Shown here: in pieces, positions 1 to 12,060 of the stretch
How positions within the stretch are numbered: position 1 is the first letter of the stretch
How the letters are laid out: every line of letters starts with the position of its first letter
Assembly: GCF_000315625.1 (NCBI RefSeq)
Contig: NW_005434649.1
Span: 434,001-498,000, forward strand
Reading direction: 5' to 3'
Origin: Guillardia theta CCMP2712
Lineage: Eukaryota; Protista; Cryptophyta
DNA: 64,000 nucleotides
Made by a program: the position numbers and the translations under genes
Notes under the pieces: generated by a model
Database searches by the model: none
What the model saw: only the letters and a program-made list of their open reading frames with translations
Told to the model about the DNA's origin: nothing

Positions 1-80
1 GGGGTGGTAGAACTCGCCTAATTCCCGGGGTGATTGAGAAGGTTAAATGTGGGGGTAGGGGTGTCAGCGAGGCGACGAGC

Positions 81-677
81 ATGCAGCGGCTAGGGTTGCT
101 GCGCGCGGGGCTTGGGAGGATGGTGCCAAGCATGGGGCGATTGATGGCCTGGGGAAAAGATGCTGGTGGCTTGAAGGAAGCGAGCCAGACCCTCGATGCT
201 AGGAGGGGGTTAGTTACGTTCTCCACCTCTTTGAGTTCTGGATGCAGAGTACGATTTCCTCTTGCAGCTGCTGGGCTGTTCGGCAGAGTTCAGGGGGCTG
301 GTGCTTTGGGGTTTCAGTCAGCAAACCAGACATGCAGATCCTACAAGAATTTTTCTGGATCTCACTACGCACCCACACACATGGCGAGGGCGAAGAACCC
401 AGCTCTACCTCAGGATCCTGCAACTGCCAGTGCTGTGGTTGAAATCTTTGGGACTGCTCGTTTCAGTGATCCACACACAAGAAGTATCAGAAAGATTTTC
501 ATGAAGAGCACCATCAAAGGAAAACTGGCTTCCTACTTCAGACCGCTGCCGGTTCACAATCAAGACGGGTACAAAGATCCGTTTGTCGAGAGGAGGCAAG
601 CTCAGTTAGCGAGGTTACGTCGACGTGGAAAGGGCCCTCCGAAGAAAGGACAAGGAAAGCGATCTAAGAAGAAGTAG
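81..677 (+). CDS. MRPS33: Mitochondrial small-subunit ribosomal protein mS33 (Rsm27/MRPS33 family) with N-terminal targeting extension
   Basis: C-terminal IFG...RSIRKIF.KS.IKG.KLASYF...RRRGKGPPKKGQGKRSKKK matches the mS33 family signature. First ATG at 81 is in frame with the ORF-track 30..677; Arg/Leu/Gly-rich N-terminus. Confidence 0.8.
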   Translation: MQRLGLLRAGLGRMVPSMGRLMAWGKDAGGLKEASQTLDARRGLVTFSTSLSSGCRVRFPLAAAGLFGRVQGAGALGFQSANQTCRSYKNFSGSHYAPTHMARAKNPALPQDPATASAVVEIFGTARFSDPHTRSIRKIFMKSTIKGKLASYFRPLPVHNQDGYKDPFVERRQAQLARLRRRGKGPPKKGQGKRSKKK

Positions 678-851
678 ATGATCTGTTCCTGACATCATCA
701 GGGTGATGGTGAATGGCTCATCCTTCTCGGCTGTCCTTGCCCTTCGAAAGCATTCCGGGTGTACTCAAATACAACTGAGTATGGACATAATTGTGCCAGG
801 ACGCAGCAATAAATCTTCACGTTTGGAGCTATACATGAAGCATCTCAATCC

Positions 852-2557
852 TCACAACTTCACCAAAACCTTTCCCTGTCACCACCAGTCACCTCCACTT
901 GTGTTTGAATCAGGAGCAAACTTACGATGTTTTTCCCCTCGTACATGTACTCGATGGCATCTGGGATGGATTCAAGGCCGTTGAACTGCTTGCAAGCTTG
1001 TTGATCCACAAGAGACTTTAACTTGCCCTCTTGAGTCTGTTCACACGTCAACATCCACGTTTTATCCATCAGTCTCCTTCCGCAACCATCTGAAGGAGCT
1101 TGGCCATGTGCGGCTTCCATTCGCGCGTGTAGTCGTTGAGGAAGAAGCCTCGGATCTAGCAAGAACATTCATCTGCGATCACACGACCCGCATGCTTCAT
1201 CGCAAATCTCACGACTTACACTCGCAGACTTCCCTAGAAGTTTGGCTGTGATGGGTGTGCTCGGCTTCTTTTCCCCACCCTCCTGCGACCATCCTGACCC
1301 ATCCTGGTAGAACTCACGTCATTATCGAGCAAGCTGATGTTTGCCGCCTTGCCTTGTACCCCGAGATGAAACCAATCACGACGAGACGACCTTTCTTGGC
1401 AAGGTTGTTCAACGCAATGTCGAAGAACGAAGCTCCGACGCTCTCATATACTACATTCACTCCGTCCGAGTACTCAGACCTTAGAACCTGGAACAGATCC
1501 TCCTTCTTGTAGTTCACTGGGCGATCACAGCCGAGGGCTTTCAGAGCCTCAACTTTCTCGTCGCTGCTGCAGGTTCCAATGACATGGCAGCCCGCCTGCT
1601 TCGCAAGTTGCACTGCAAACGATCCCGTGCCACCTGCACTCCAGTCACTACAAGGCAGATGGTGAGGGAGGGACCTGCGGCTGCTGTCACGAGCACTATC
1701 TCGTCCTTCTTGATCTCTCCCACCTGCACACGAGTCATGTCGGAAACCTTTCAAGTTTCGCGTCCGTGGAAGATACTTGCTCGAGGGCAATCGAGGCCGT
1801 CAAGCCGCTGACGAAGAGAGGAAGAGCCTCAGGCATGATCTGCACAACGAGGAGCGTCAAGGAACTCATCTCCTTCACTAGCGTCTTTCCTTAGGGAGCG
1901 AAACTGCTGCTCTTGCATCGATCTCCTGGTACTCAGAGAAGGCTCCGAAAGACTGCTCCGGCATGTTCAAGGAACAAAGTCTTGTCCTCTACATGCTCTT
2001 ACAGTGTACACGACGCTGTCGCCTTCCTTCAGCTTCGTAACATTCTCGCCCACCTTTGCAACTTTCCCCATGGCTTCGAAACCACAATCGAACGGCGGCT
2101 TCACCCCCGGCATGTACTTGCCTGCTCACGGTCAGGGGGGGCGACCAGATGGTCAAGGGAGGAGCGACTCTGGTCGAGCCAGCACACCGTTTGTGAAGTT
2201 GATGTCTGACGCATTGATGCCGCACCATTCGTTCTTGACGAGGATGCTGCCCGAGTTCAACGCCTGTGGGGAGCACCCGAGGACATGATGAGATTGTTCA
2301 CAGGGAGCGCGACGAGTACGTCGAGAGGTTCTCACCTTGGGTAGGGGAGCAGTCATGATTCTAGTGCACTCGCGGAAGTTGGTAGACAGCCTGACATGCA
2401 CAGATGGGCAGGTTCGATCAGATCCCCGAGACAGTCGATGAGCATGTGACTTACTTCTCGCAGACGATCTTCCTGTACATGTTTGTGCTTGCGGCTTGCT
2501 AAGGAGGCAGGAAGGATTGTTGTAGCTGTCCTGTCAAGGTCAGATCACTTCGAGCAT
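852..2557 (-). CDS. NADP-dependent MDR-family oxidoreductase, PTGR3/ZADH2-like (multi-exon)
   Basis: Exon peptides [122 protein letters not shown] and GKVLVKL* (TGA at 852-854), separated by short GT-AG introns. Start uncertain. Confidence 0.85.
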
Positions 2558-2956
2558 GCTGCTATGACGGCTGTGTCCCCACTTCTCCTCCTCCTCCTCC
2601 TCCTCCTCCCTCTCCTCCCTCTCCTCCTCCCCCCCCCCCTCTACATCCTATCTGCTTCCCTCGATTATCTCTTGCAGGAAGGCGCATTTGTCCTGGGGCT
2701 GGCTTGGTATCCTTCCTAGTCCCCCCCGCACCCCCTTGCTCCCTGCCTATCGGCTCCTTCGCTTCCTCCCCTCCCCCTCCCCCCTCCCCCTCTTCCTTGC
2801 TTGACTGTCTCCCTTGATCTCCCTGCCCTCCCTGCCCTCCCTGCCCTCCCTGCCCTGCCCTCCCTCCCCTCAATCGCCTCTCTTTCTTTCATCCTTGCGT
2901 TCTTCCCCCACCCCTCATTGCAGCGACACTAAGTTCACCTCTCCTCCTCCTGCAAG

Positions 2957-4255
2957 ATGCATGCTGACGCCACCCTGGTTGTTGTCGCCAAGTTCCCCGC
3001 GCCTGGCCGCTGCAAGTCTCGACTCGCTAAAGACGTAGGAGACGCTGCCGCTGCGGAGTTCGCCCGGACCAGCTTGTTGGACCTCGTCGAGCGCTTCTCC
3101 GCCTTCTCGTTCGAGGTGAGCTGTGCTCCTGCTACTGACGGTACCGGTCAGCTGAGGTCATGCTGGCAGCATGCTGGCGCCACGACGACCTTCGCTCGGC
3201 GCATCCTGCTCTACGCGCCTGAGGGAGCTCGGTCCGACTTCGTCCAGCTTCTGTCGAGCTCACTGGGCGACACGTGGGAGTCCTTCGAGCTTCAGCCCAT
3301 GCTGGGCATCTCGACCGAGGGGAAACCCAGTGGCCAGGCAGGACACGCGGACCTGCTCCTGTCTGTGAGTGCTGAGCTTGCAGCAGGGCTCCGACCTTGG
3401 AGCGTTTCTCTCCAACGCCCTCGAGCAGTTTGGGAGGGAGCGGCCCATCCTCTTCATCGGGACCGACTGCCTGACCCTCTCTGACCTCCACGTCCACACC
3501 TGCATCCTCGAAGCCTCGGCAGGATCCGCCTGCATGTGCCCAGCCGCTGGTCAGCTCGCCGCATGCTCCGCATACGTTCTGACGCGGTTCTGATGCAGAC
3601 GGAGGATACGTCGCCCTCTCCCTCCCTCCCGGCTCGTCCAAGGAAGTCTTTGCTAATGTTACGTGGAGCTCCAGGTCCCTCCTTGCCCTCCTCCTCTACC
3701 CCCTGCCCTCCTCCTCTACCCCTCTTCCCTCCTCCTCTATCCCCTTGCCCCCCTCCTCTACCCCCTTGTCCTCCTCCTCGTCCCCCTCTGCCCTCCTCCT
3801 CTACCCCCCTGCTCTCGTCTTCTACCCACTTGCCCCCACCGCCGTCCCCTCCTCTTCTTCCCAGGTGAGCTCGTACGTCCCTCTCATTGTCCTCCTGCAG
3901 TGTCACCGGCAAGACGCAGGTGGAGGCTCTGAGAGCGGCAGGGCTGACTGTCAGGTTGAAGGAGGGAGGGAGGGAGGAGGGAGGGAGGAGGGGGAGGAGG
4001 AGGTAGGTGAGGGAGGGAAAGGAGGAGGGAGGAGGTAGGTGAGGGAGGGAGGGGGAGGAGGTAGGTGAGGGAGGGAGAGAGAAGGAGGGAGGGAGCTGTG
4101 CAGTTTCAGGTGACTGTGTAGGCAGGATGGGGGAGGAGCTAGAGGACGTAGACGAGTTGCAGGATCTCCGTGTGGTGAAGGCGAAGCTTGACGAGCAGCC
4201 CGAGCTCAGCAGGCTCCTTCCTCGGAGCATGAAGTTCATGCAACAGCACCTCTAG
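2957..4255 (+). CDS. DUF2064 / TIGR04282-like GT-A fold glycosyltransferase (multi-exon)
   Basis: LVVVAKFPAPGRCKSRLA, QQGSDLG, ILFIGTDC, PA.DGGYVAL and LEDVDE motifs in successive exons; stop TAG at 4253-4255; long purine/pyrimidine-tract introns at ~3675-3900 and ~3955-4120. Confidence 0.75.
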
Positions 4256-4493
4256 CTCCTCCTCTTCTTCCTCTGCTGCTGCTTCCTTGACTTGTTTTCC
4301 GTCCTGCTCTTCCATCGAACTGGTAGACATTTTCAGCTCCACGCTCTCTTTCCTTTCCTCTGCTCTATTTCTTCAACCATTCAACAATCCCCCTCCCCCC
4401 GTTCCTTTCCATCCTCATCCCCCCCCACTCTCCCTTCTCTTCCCCTCCCTTCCCTCTTCCCGTCTCGTTATCAGCACGGAATGCTTCAACCCC

Positions 4494-7400
4494 TCAAGTA
4501 AACTTCTCGATCGCTGCCATGAGCACCTTCAACCTCTCCTTGTTCCCTGCCGACCGACCGCAGACCGAGTGGTTGCAAGACGACTGCATCCCAGCAATCG
4601 ACTTCCTCAGCTGAACGCAGAAGCTCGACGCTTCCTTGGTGTACTTGGCGTCCTTTCCCCTCATAGTCAGAAGCTGCATGGCGTTTGTGAGCGAGACCGA
4701 GAGCTTCTCTATCCCCTCCTCAAGCTCCTGCGCCAGAGGTAGAGGGAGAACCCGCCAGTGTGCGCAGGTCGCGGCACCGGCACATGTCAGAACTCCGTCC
4801 TGAACCTTGTGGTACTCCCATGGCCTCTCCATGTTCACAGAAGTCCATTCAATCACCTTCCTCCTCAGCACGGAGCATCCGATCCTGACCAGGAGCTCCT
4901 CGCCTACCGCCTGCTTGAAGGAGCTGCTGCAATGCCGGCTCATCAGGATTGCGCTCCCTTCCACCACCAGCTCCTGCACCTCCCCCAGCACAGCAAGGCT
5001 CTCCATCCTCCTCCAGAGCACAACAGCGCTCAGGTTGCCCCCGTGGAACGCTGGCACGCAACCCACGATCTCTGCCGCCTGCTTTTCGGTGATCCACCAC
5101 ACGGAATCAGCGCGCATGCTGATCCTCGAGACATCGTTCACAGCGTCTGCAAGTCGCTCCTCCTCCCAGAGGCGCTCCAGCCTCGCCAGCGCCAGGATGT
5201 CCTCCAGCACGGAGGAGACCAGGAACACTTTGCTCTCCTCCTCCTCCTCCTCCTCCTGCTCCACCATCTGCACGCTGGTCTCGTCCTCAGAAGCGACGAA
5301 GGGATCGGAGGGGCCCACCGAACAAGCTTCGATCTTCTCCCCGTCCTCGAAGCTGCGAAGTCTTGTCCTGAACTCTCGGCCCTCCATCACGCTCGGTCGC
5401 AAGGCCTGCAGCATGGCTCCTCGCAGGCCCCTAGGGACCTTCTTGAGCCCCCCGAAGAGGAGGAGGAGGAGGAGATCTCGGATGAGCTCGAACGTTCGCA
5501 CTTTGTCATGAGCATACAGGCAGCGAACAATCGGATCCAGCCACTTCCCCTCCTCCTCCCACGCACTGTCGACCTTCCTGCTCCTCCCGCTGCCTTTCTG
5601 AGACCAGTCGCTCACCTGCTGCACAACGAGAGCGAAATGCCCGGCAATGAGCAGGCAGGTGCGCGAGAGAAGTTCCCCGTGCTGGTGCTCGCACAGAGCA
5701 AGAGCTCGGTACTCCAGGAGCAGCCTGCACAGCTTCGAGGAGAGGGCGATAGGCATCGGGCTGCCGATCTTGGGGAAGATTTTCTTGGGGATCAGGTCCT
5801 TTTCGAAGCTGTAGCTCGTCCCCCTTCCTCCTCCCCCCGCCCTGCCCTCCTCCTGCTCCTTCTCCAGCTCCTCCTCCTCAAACAGGAAGTTCTCCCTGCT
5901 GGCGATGCTCTTGGACAGGCGCTCGAGCAGGTCAGCGCAGAGAGGCTTGTTGGGGTCGGAGTCTTTGCGGGAGAAGAACTGGCGCAGCACCGCCATCATG
6001 GAGGAGAAGTACTGCTGGGAAACATGCTCGGGCAGAACTTCGCGCAGGAGCTCGACGAAGAGGTCGTACTCCCTGAGAGGAGCCATGCGCTCGATCATCG
6101 CGTCCACCTGCCCCCCAGCTGCCTCGAAGTCCCTCTGGTACACCTTCGAGCAGAGCTTTCCCAGCTCGTCCTCCAGCTTGTCGAAGCTCTCGAGGACCGA
6201 GGATGGGTTCTTCATTCTCCCCGTCATCGTCCTCACCATGGCCTTCTTGGGCGACAGCGAGGACATGAGGCGGGGCGGTGGCCGCGCGATGCCGAGCTGA
6301 CCCTCAGCAGCGGCGAACATCACCTCGAAGGGGCTGACGTTGGAGAGGTGACAGCCGACGATCTCCGAGGACAGGAGCTTGCTGTCGAGGGCGCAGAGGC
6401 GGCAGTGAGGAGGAAGGTTGAGGCTCCACAGCCTCACGCTCCCGTCCTCCCCTCCGCTCGCCAGCATCTCCCCGTGGCTCTTCGACCAGGAGATGGAGGT
6501 GACGGAGCTGGTGTGCCAGGCTAGGTGGAAGGCCGGGGCACGAAGCATGCGGAGATCCCAAACCTGCCGATGACGTTGGGGGGGAGAAGAGGGGGAGGAG
6601 GAAGGGGATAGAGAGGGAGGGAGGCGAAGTGGACTGGGGTGTTGGCACAGGCAGGTATGGGGAAGGGGAGAGGAAACGACGAAGAAAGGAGGAAGGGGAG
6701 GGGAAGGAACAGAAGGAGGGGGAGAGAGAGAGAGTTTTGAGGGGAGCGGGGAGTATACAGCAAGACACTAAAATAACAGGAAATCCAGATAGAAGAGAAC
6801 GGGGGAGCAGGAGGGGTATGAGGTAGGAGCAGGACCTTGACGACTCCGTCGCCTCCTCCTGTGGCCATCAGGTTGTCGTCGAGCGGCGATTGCTGAATAC
6901 AGTTGACCTGAGTAGGAAGAGGGAGTGAGGAGGAGCTGGCATGTGAAGTGCGGTGCTGATGGCAGGAACAGGACCAGGACAATCAAGAACGCTCTTGACT
7001 TTCACAACTCAAGTCGCTCACCGAGGAGGAGTGCGCGTTCATGAGGTCGAAGGCAAGGCTGCTGGGCACTCGTTCCAGGGTCTCCTCTGACCTCATCAAC
7101 CTCGTGTCGACGATTGACATCCTTCCCTTGGCCCCCCCCACCAAGATCCGCTCCTCCCTCATCTTCACCTCACAGCACCGTATGTGAAAGTCTGACAATC
7201 GCTCAAGTCAGAGAAGAGCAAAGGTGGCTGATATGCTGCGATGCTCCAACAAGCAAACATGCAGGCAGCTTACACATGGATACAGACGCGGACGGCCGGC
7301 CGGCCGGCAAGCAGGCAAGCAGGCAGGAAGGAACGAAGGAACGAAGGACTGAGAGCAGAAAGGGTTGAGGAGGGAGATAGAGGATGGAAGGAGGGAGAGC

Positions 7401-8399
7401 TCAGGGGCGGAGAAACATATCAAGATCGAGTATGACGGGGCAGGTCATGACCTGGGATGCGGCAGAGCCCTATCGGGTCCTTCGGGTTGGTGAGATTCCA
7501 AGTCTTGAGCCCGCCTGCTCGACAAGAAGGAGGGGGAACGTCAGGGCTGGCAGGAGGAGCGTCGGTGGCACCTTGTGCAACAGACGTCAGGAACCAGTCT
7601 GACTTGACCCTCCCCAGACTGAGCTGGTGGATCCTGCCGGGACCTGATGGGCAGTTACTGCTGCAGTCCTACAGTGGGAATCAGGTGTTGCTGCCGACCT
7701 CGTCCGTCATCTGTCGCAGATATCTGGTGTGTTGAGCTGAAATCGATCTTGTCCGCCCCTCTGTCCTTCTTCCAGCGACGAGGGTCTATCGACATGCTGA
7801 AGGCAGCAAGGACGAACGTTGGTATCAGCATGGCGACAGAACAAAGATTTGGAATGACAAGGAAAGTTACATCTCGATCGACCCTGAGAAGTAGCCAACA
7901 GCCAACATGTCATCTAAGGTGCACATGTGAGCAAACAACCAGAAACAAGTAGCTGGCAATGCTCAACCTCTCCATGCAGCGATCGACGCTCTCTTCCCGC
8001 GCAGTTCCACCGTCTGCGCACCATAAGGTCAAACATGTCGCTCTGTCTTCAGCTCCTCCTGACCTGCAAGTGCTCGATGCTGCTGAGCGCGCTCGAAGTC
8101 TCCCGCGCTGTTGCCTGATGAAGAGCCAGCGGTCACTACCATGCCCAGCTCCAGCCAACCTGACATTCCACCTGAACTTTGGACTTCTCCCTCTCGGAGG
8201 TTCGGAAGATGGAGAGGTTGCTGGTATCTTTGTGCTGGTCGACGACACAAACAGCATCGTGCACGTTGTGTGGGCACATGCATGAAAGATCTGACGGCGA
8301 TCTCGGATATTTCATGGTAGAGCAGTCGCTATCAGCACAGACTATCCTCCTGGATCGCAGGCAGTCTGCGCTCCTCCAGGCTGAAAGATCCGCGATCAT
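4494..8399 (-). CDS. WD40-repeat protein with long helical C-terminal region (multi-exon; boundaries approximate)
   Basis: WD motifs AHSSSVSDL..VNCIQQSP...MATGGGDGVVKVWD and WHTSSVTSISWS...MLASGGEDGSVRLWS; 684-aa final exon 4494..6548. Confidence 0.6.
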
Positions 8400-8820
8400 G
8401 TCGAGGATGGGAAGAGCAAGAGGCTGGAACGAGAGACGCGATGAAAGGGGAGGAAGGGGGGGGAGGAAGGGGGGGGAGGGAGGGGGAGGAGGGGGAAGAG
8501 GCAGGGGAGGGGGAGAAGAGGATGGATAAGGCAAGGAAGGGAAAGGGGATGGGGGGTGTGCCTGCAGGAAGGGTGGATAGTAAGAAGTACCGGTGTATTC
8601 AAGATAATTTTTCAGGACAAATAAGGGGTGGAATTTTCGCTCAGGGGTAGGGGTGATTCTGTCGGGGAAACTAGAGGAGGGAAACAAGCAAGGAGTACAA
8701 CCAGCGTGACCCTGAAGAACTATCACTGTCAGTATGCGACCAAGGAGGAGGAGGAGGAGGAGGAGGAGAAGCAGGAGGAGAAGCAGGAGGAGCAGGAGGA
8801 GCAGATGCTTGCCATGCATT

Positions 8821-10716
8821 TCATTCTGTTGTCAAGTCCTGGATAACAGGGTAGGCGAAGCCCTTGTTCTCTCGCACAACTAGCACGGATGGTAAGGAAC
8901 ACCAAACACTCTGGGGTAGGATAACCTTCCAACGCTTCCAACATTCTCCTGCGTCCATCTAACCACATCATTCCTTCACCATAGGAGAGGGGCTCGATCG
9001 GCTGCAGCGACCAGGTGAGCGTCAGGATGGAGAGGAATGACAACAAACCTTGACAGGGATAGGTTTCAGCTGCATGACGTGGCTTGACTCGGGGTCTCGG
9101 CTGGAACAAGCCGGTAAGCGGGAAACGGAGAACAGAAGAGTGTACTTGAGAAAGGTGAAATGGAATTCGTTTGATAGAGCGTCATTTCCTGTTTTGAGAT
9201 CAACGATACGAGTCTCAACTCGCACCTGGGGCAAACAGAAGAGCTCCAGTCACAAAAAGACAAAGCAGTTTCTAAGATGGTGGACCTGAAATATGCAGGA
9301 CAAGCCAGGATGCTGGTTTCCCATCAGGATGCTTTCGTTTGAACCAGTATACACCACGTCCGCTCTAAACTTCACCACATCGCCTATGCTCACAGGCTGC
9401 AAGAGGACATCATTCGAATATGCGCACTGTTACGCAATCTGAAACCAACCCGAGCAAATGACACATCGTCCAGTGCCAGCACTGTCGGCGCCCTGATTGT
9501 GGAGGTGAGCTTTCAAATCAACGCGCAGACCACAACGGTGGGAAAGTCGACGACTCACCCAAGTCTCCATCCTTGAGGATCCTGCGGACATACCTTGGTC
9601 GAGTTTCCTGACGTCGCTGCAAACGTGCACGCTGTGGCATACGCGAGCTCGTATGCTGAATGCATTCTGCAATATAACAATGAGAGGAATCGAAAGGAAT
9701 GTGCGAGCAGATACAAGAATCCACCGAACACTTTGCCAGCACGATTTCGCTCCTTCAAGCATTGTCGATCAGCATGGGAGTCAGATACAAGAAGTAGAGC
9801 ATGCCTGCGGTTGCATGATGGTCACTGACTGCATCCTGACAGCAGCCATCGGCAGCCCGTCCGGAATCCCGTCGGGTACAGTCATGGCGCGATGCAGGAT
9901 TTTCGCTTCCTCCTCAGTTGGCGGAGAAACTTTCAAACTTCTTTTGCGCTCCTCCTTCCTCACGAGGTTTGCCCTCTCTCCCTCATTGAATCGCTTTTCG
10001 TCTTGAGGGGTCTCTAGGATCAGAGGGTTGATCGGAAAGGCCTTGCCTTTCTGATCGACGCAGACAAACACCATAGAGCATCGAAGCTTGTGTTCAGAAT
10101 TTGAGACGTCAAGTTCTGACTTCGGAAAGAGACTGACGTCTATCTGCAAGGAAGTACGTCCTGCCCACGACACGTTTCCTTCAAGCACAAAGTCTTGTCC
10201 AAGATTCAACGTGATCGGGTCGTGAATGTCAAGTCGGTCAAGAGATGCAGTCACCTATCAAGCGATCCCATCAACCTTAAAACGACCAAAGACACGAACT
10301 CACCAGAGTAGGAACAATCGTTTCAGGATCGCCATCGTTGCAATGCATGAAAGCTGGAAGGCGATCGTCAGCAACGAGCCTCGGGCATCCTACAAACATC
10401 CTCCCACCCTATTCAGATTCTTTCATGGCGTACCTATATTGCCAGCAAATGCGTCAATATCCTCCAGCAAGAGCGCGAACCTCAATCCTCCACGGAAGTT
10501 GAGGTACTGATCTCTGACCAGCTCGTCGCTGCGCACTTTCAGTTCTGCTCGGAGGAAGGAGTCCTTGGGTCTCTTCGGAGGAAACGCATGCTGCATCTTC
10601 GACGCGTTCTGCTTGTACTTCTGCATGTCCCATCTCTGCTGCCATAGTCGAGCCGTCAATCCCGTCCTCACCGACGACACCATCGAGCTCAGCATCCTCC
10701 TGGTTCCCCTCGCCAT
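8821..10716 (-). CDS. Acyl-CoA thioesterase 9-like (double HotDog fold), probably mitochondrial (multi-exon)
   Basis: YLNFRGGLRFALLLEDIDAFAG, VTASLDRLD, GNVSWAGRTSLQI, MQPQ.RNRAGKVFGGFL..AYELA, PVSIGDVV, SNEFHFTF and P.SYGEGM.WLDGRR are ACOT9-family motifs; basic N-terminus. Confidence 0.85.
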
Positions 10717-12060
10717 GGTGACTCCGAATCCCATCCAACGCACAACCCCCTACCCCTACTTTTCCTGCAGACCTGTGGTAAAACCACCCCTGCAGGGAGC
10801 ACTGTATCAATTGCTTCCACTACCCCATTTTTGGCCATGGAACAACCCCCACCTTTCCTATTGAGAATTACTGTACAACTATGCCTACACCCTTGGACTT
10901 CCACCTACCCACCCTACATTTTAGCTGTTTATAACCCCCAATTACAAATGAGTAACCCCTCATTAATTACACTTCACCCCCTTCTGAGTACCCCCTACCC
11001 AGGGAGCTCCCACACTGCAGCGGCGCGGCCTCAAAAAGAAATGGCAGGTAAGACAGTCATGAACGGGGAGGAGGAGGAGGTGGTGGAGGTGGAGGAGTGA
11101 GAGAGTGAAGCAATGATCATGTAGCAAGTTGTTCATCGTTGAATCATTCAGTTCGGCAATATGGATGCGCGCTGTGTGCATGCTGACAAAAGCAACGTGA
11201 ACGGACATGGCATATTGCTGTACATCATTACGCATGCAGATGGTTGACGAATGAAGGGCCGTGAGTTTCTGATGATGGAAATTGTTTAAATGTTACAGAA
11301 CTAGTTTCGAGAGCCCAAAGAGCCATGAAAACTCGAACGAGACCCGGAAAGTTGTTGATGAAATTGAAAAGCAAAGAGGGCGGAAATTCGTCAAGTAGAT
11401 TTGTGGTCAAGAGAGATGATGCGATGGAACGCCTTGAATGGAAGAGATGATAGTAGTAGAACATGGAAAGTCCCTTGTGCATAGAGAGGAGCAGATCGTG
11501 CTCATAGATGAATCGCTTGTCTTCACTTCAAGTTCATGATGTTATCCCACCTGCAACCGTTGCGCTCAATGACCCACCGATCAGCTCGTGCTGGAAATCT
11601 TCTTCGCCTTGCTGCAAGACGCGTGAACGCTCCTGCTCTCCGCTCCTCCGCTCCTCTCAGAGGAGGCCACGAAGGACCCGATCCCAACGCTGTAAGTCGC
11701 AGGAGTAACGTTGCAGTGCGCTAACAATGGTGCTGGCAGCCTAAGTGGGAGCAGGCTGTGCGCAGCGTGTTGCGCAAGGACGAGCATGTTGTCTTTGCTG
11801 TGATTGGCTTCTGGGTGAGCAGACTCGTTCTCGTAGGGAGGAGGAGGAGGTTGACGAGCTCACAGGCTGTCGTGATCTACGGCGCCCGCGTGTCATTGAG
11901 GAGCGACGACGATTGAGCATGAGGAGGAGCCGAAGGATGAGAAAGAACTTCTTTTGTTAAGACTCGATAAAGCAGGAGGAACCTGACGCTCTCGATCCCC
12001 TCAAACCTTTTCAGGATATCAGGGCATCCTTTCAGCGATCTTCACTGCTCGGTGAATGCC

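Noticed and set aside
2562-4480. Poly-G/E/P ORFs from purine/pyrimidine tracts
   Set aside because: Low-complexity intronic/intergenic CT- or GA-rich sequence; the same applies to ~6580-6830 and ~8440-8800.
4758-6524. 588-aa plus-strand ORF, and the many short ORFs overlapping the giant gene
   Set aside because: Antisense or alternative-frame shadows of GC-rich real genes; no motifs.
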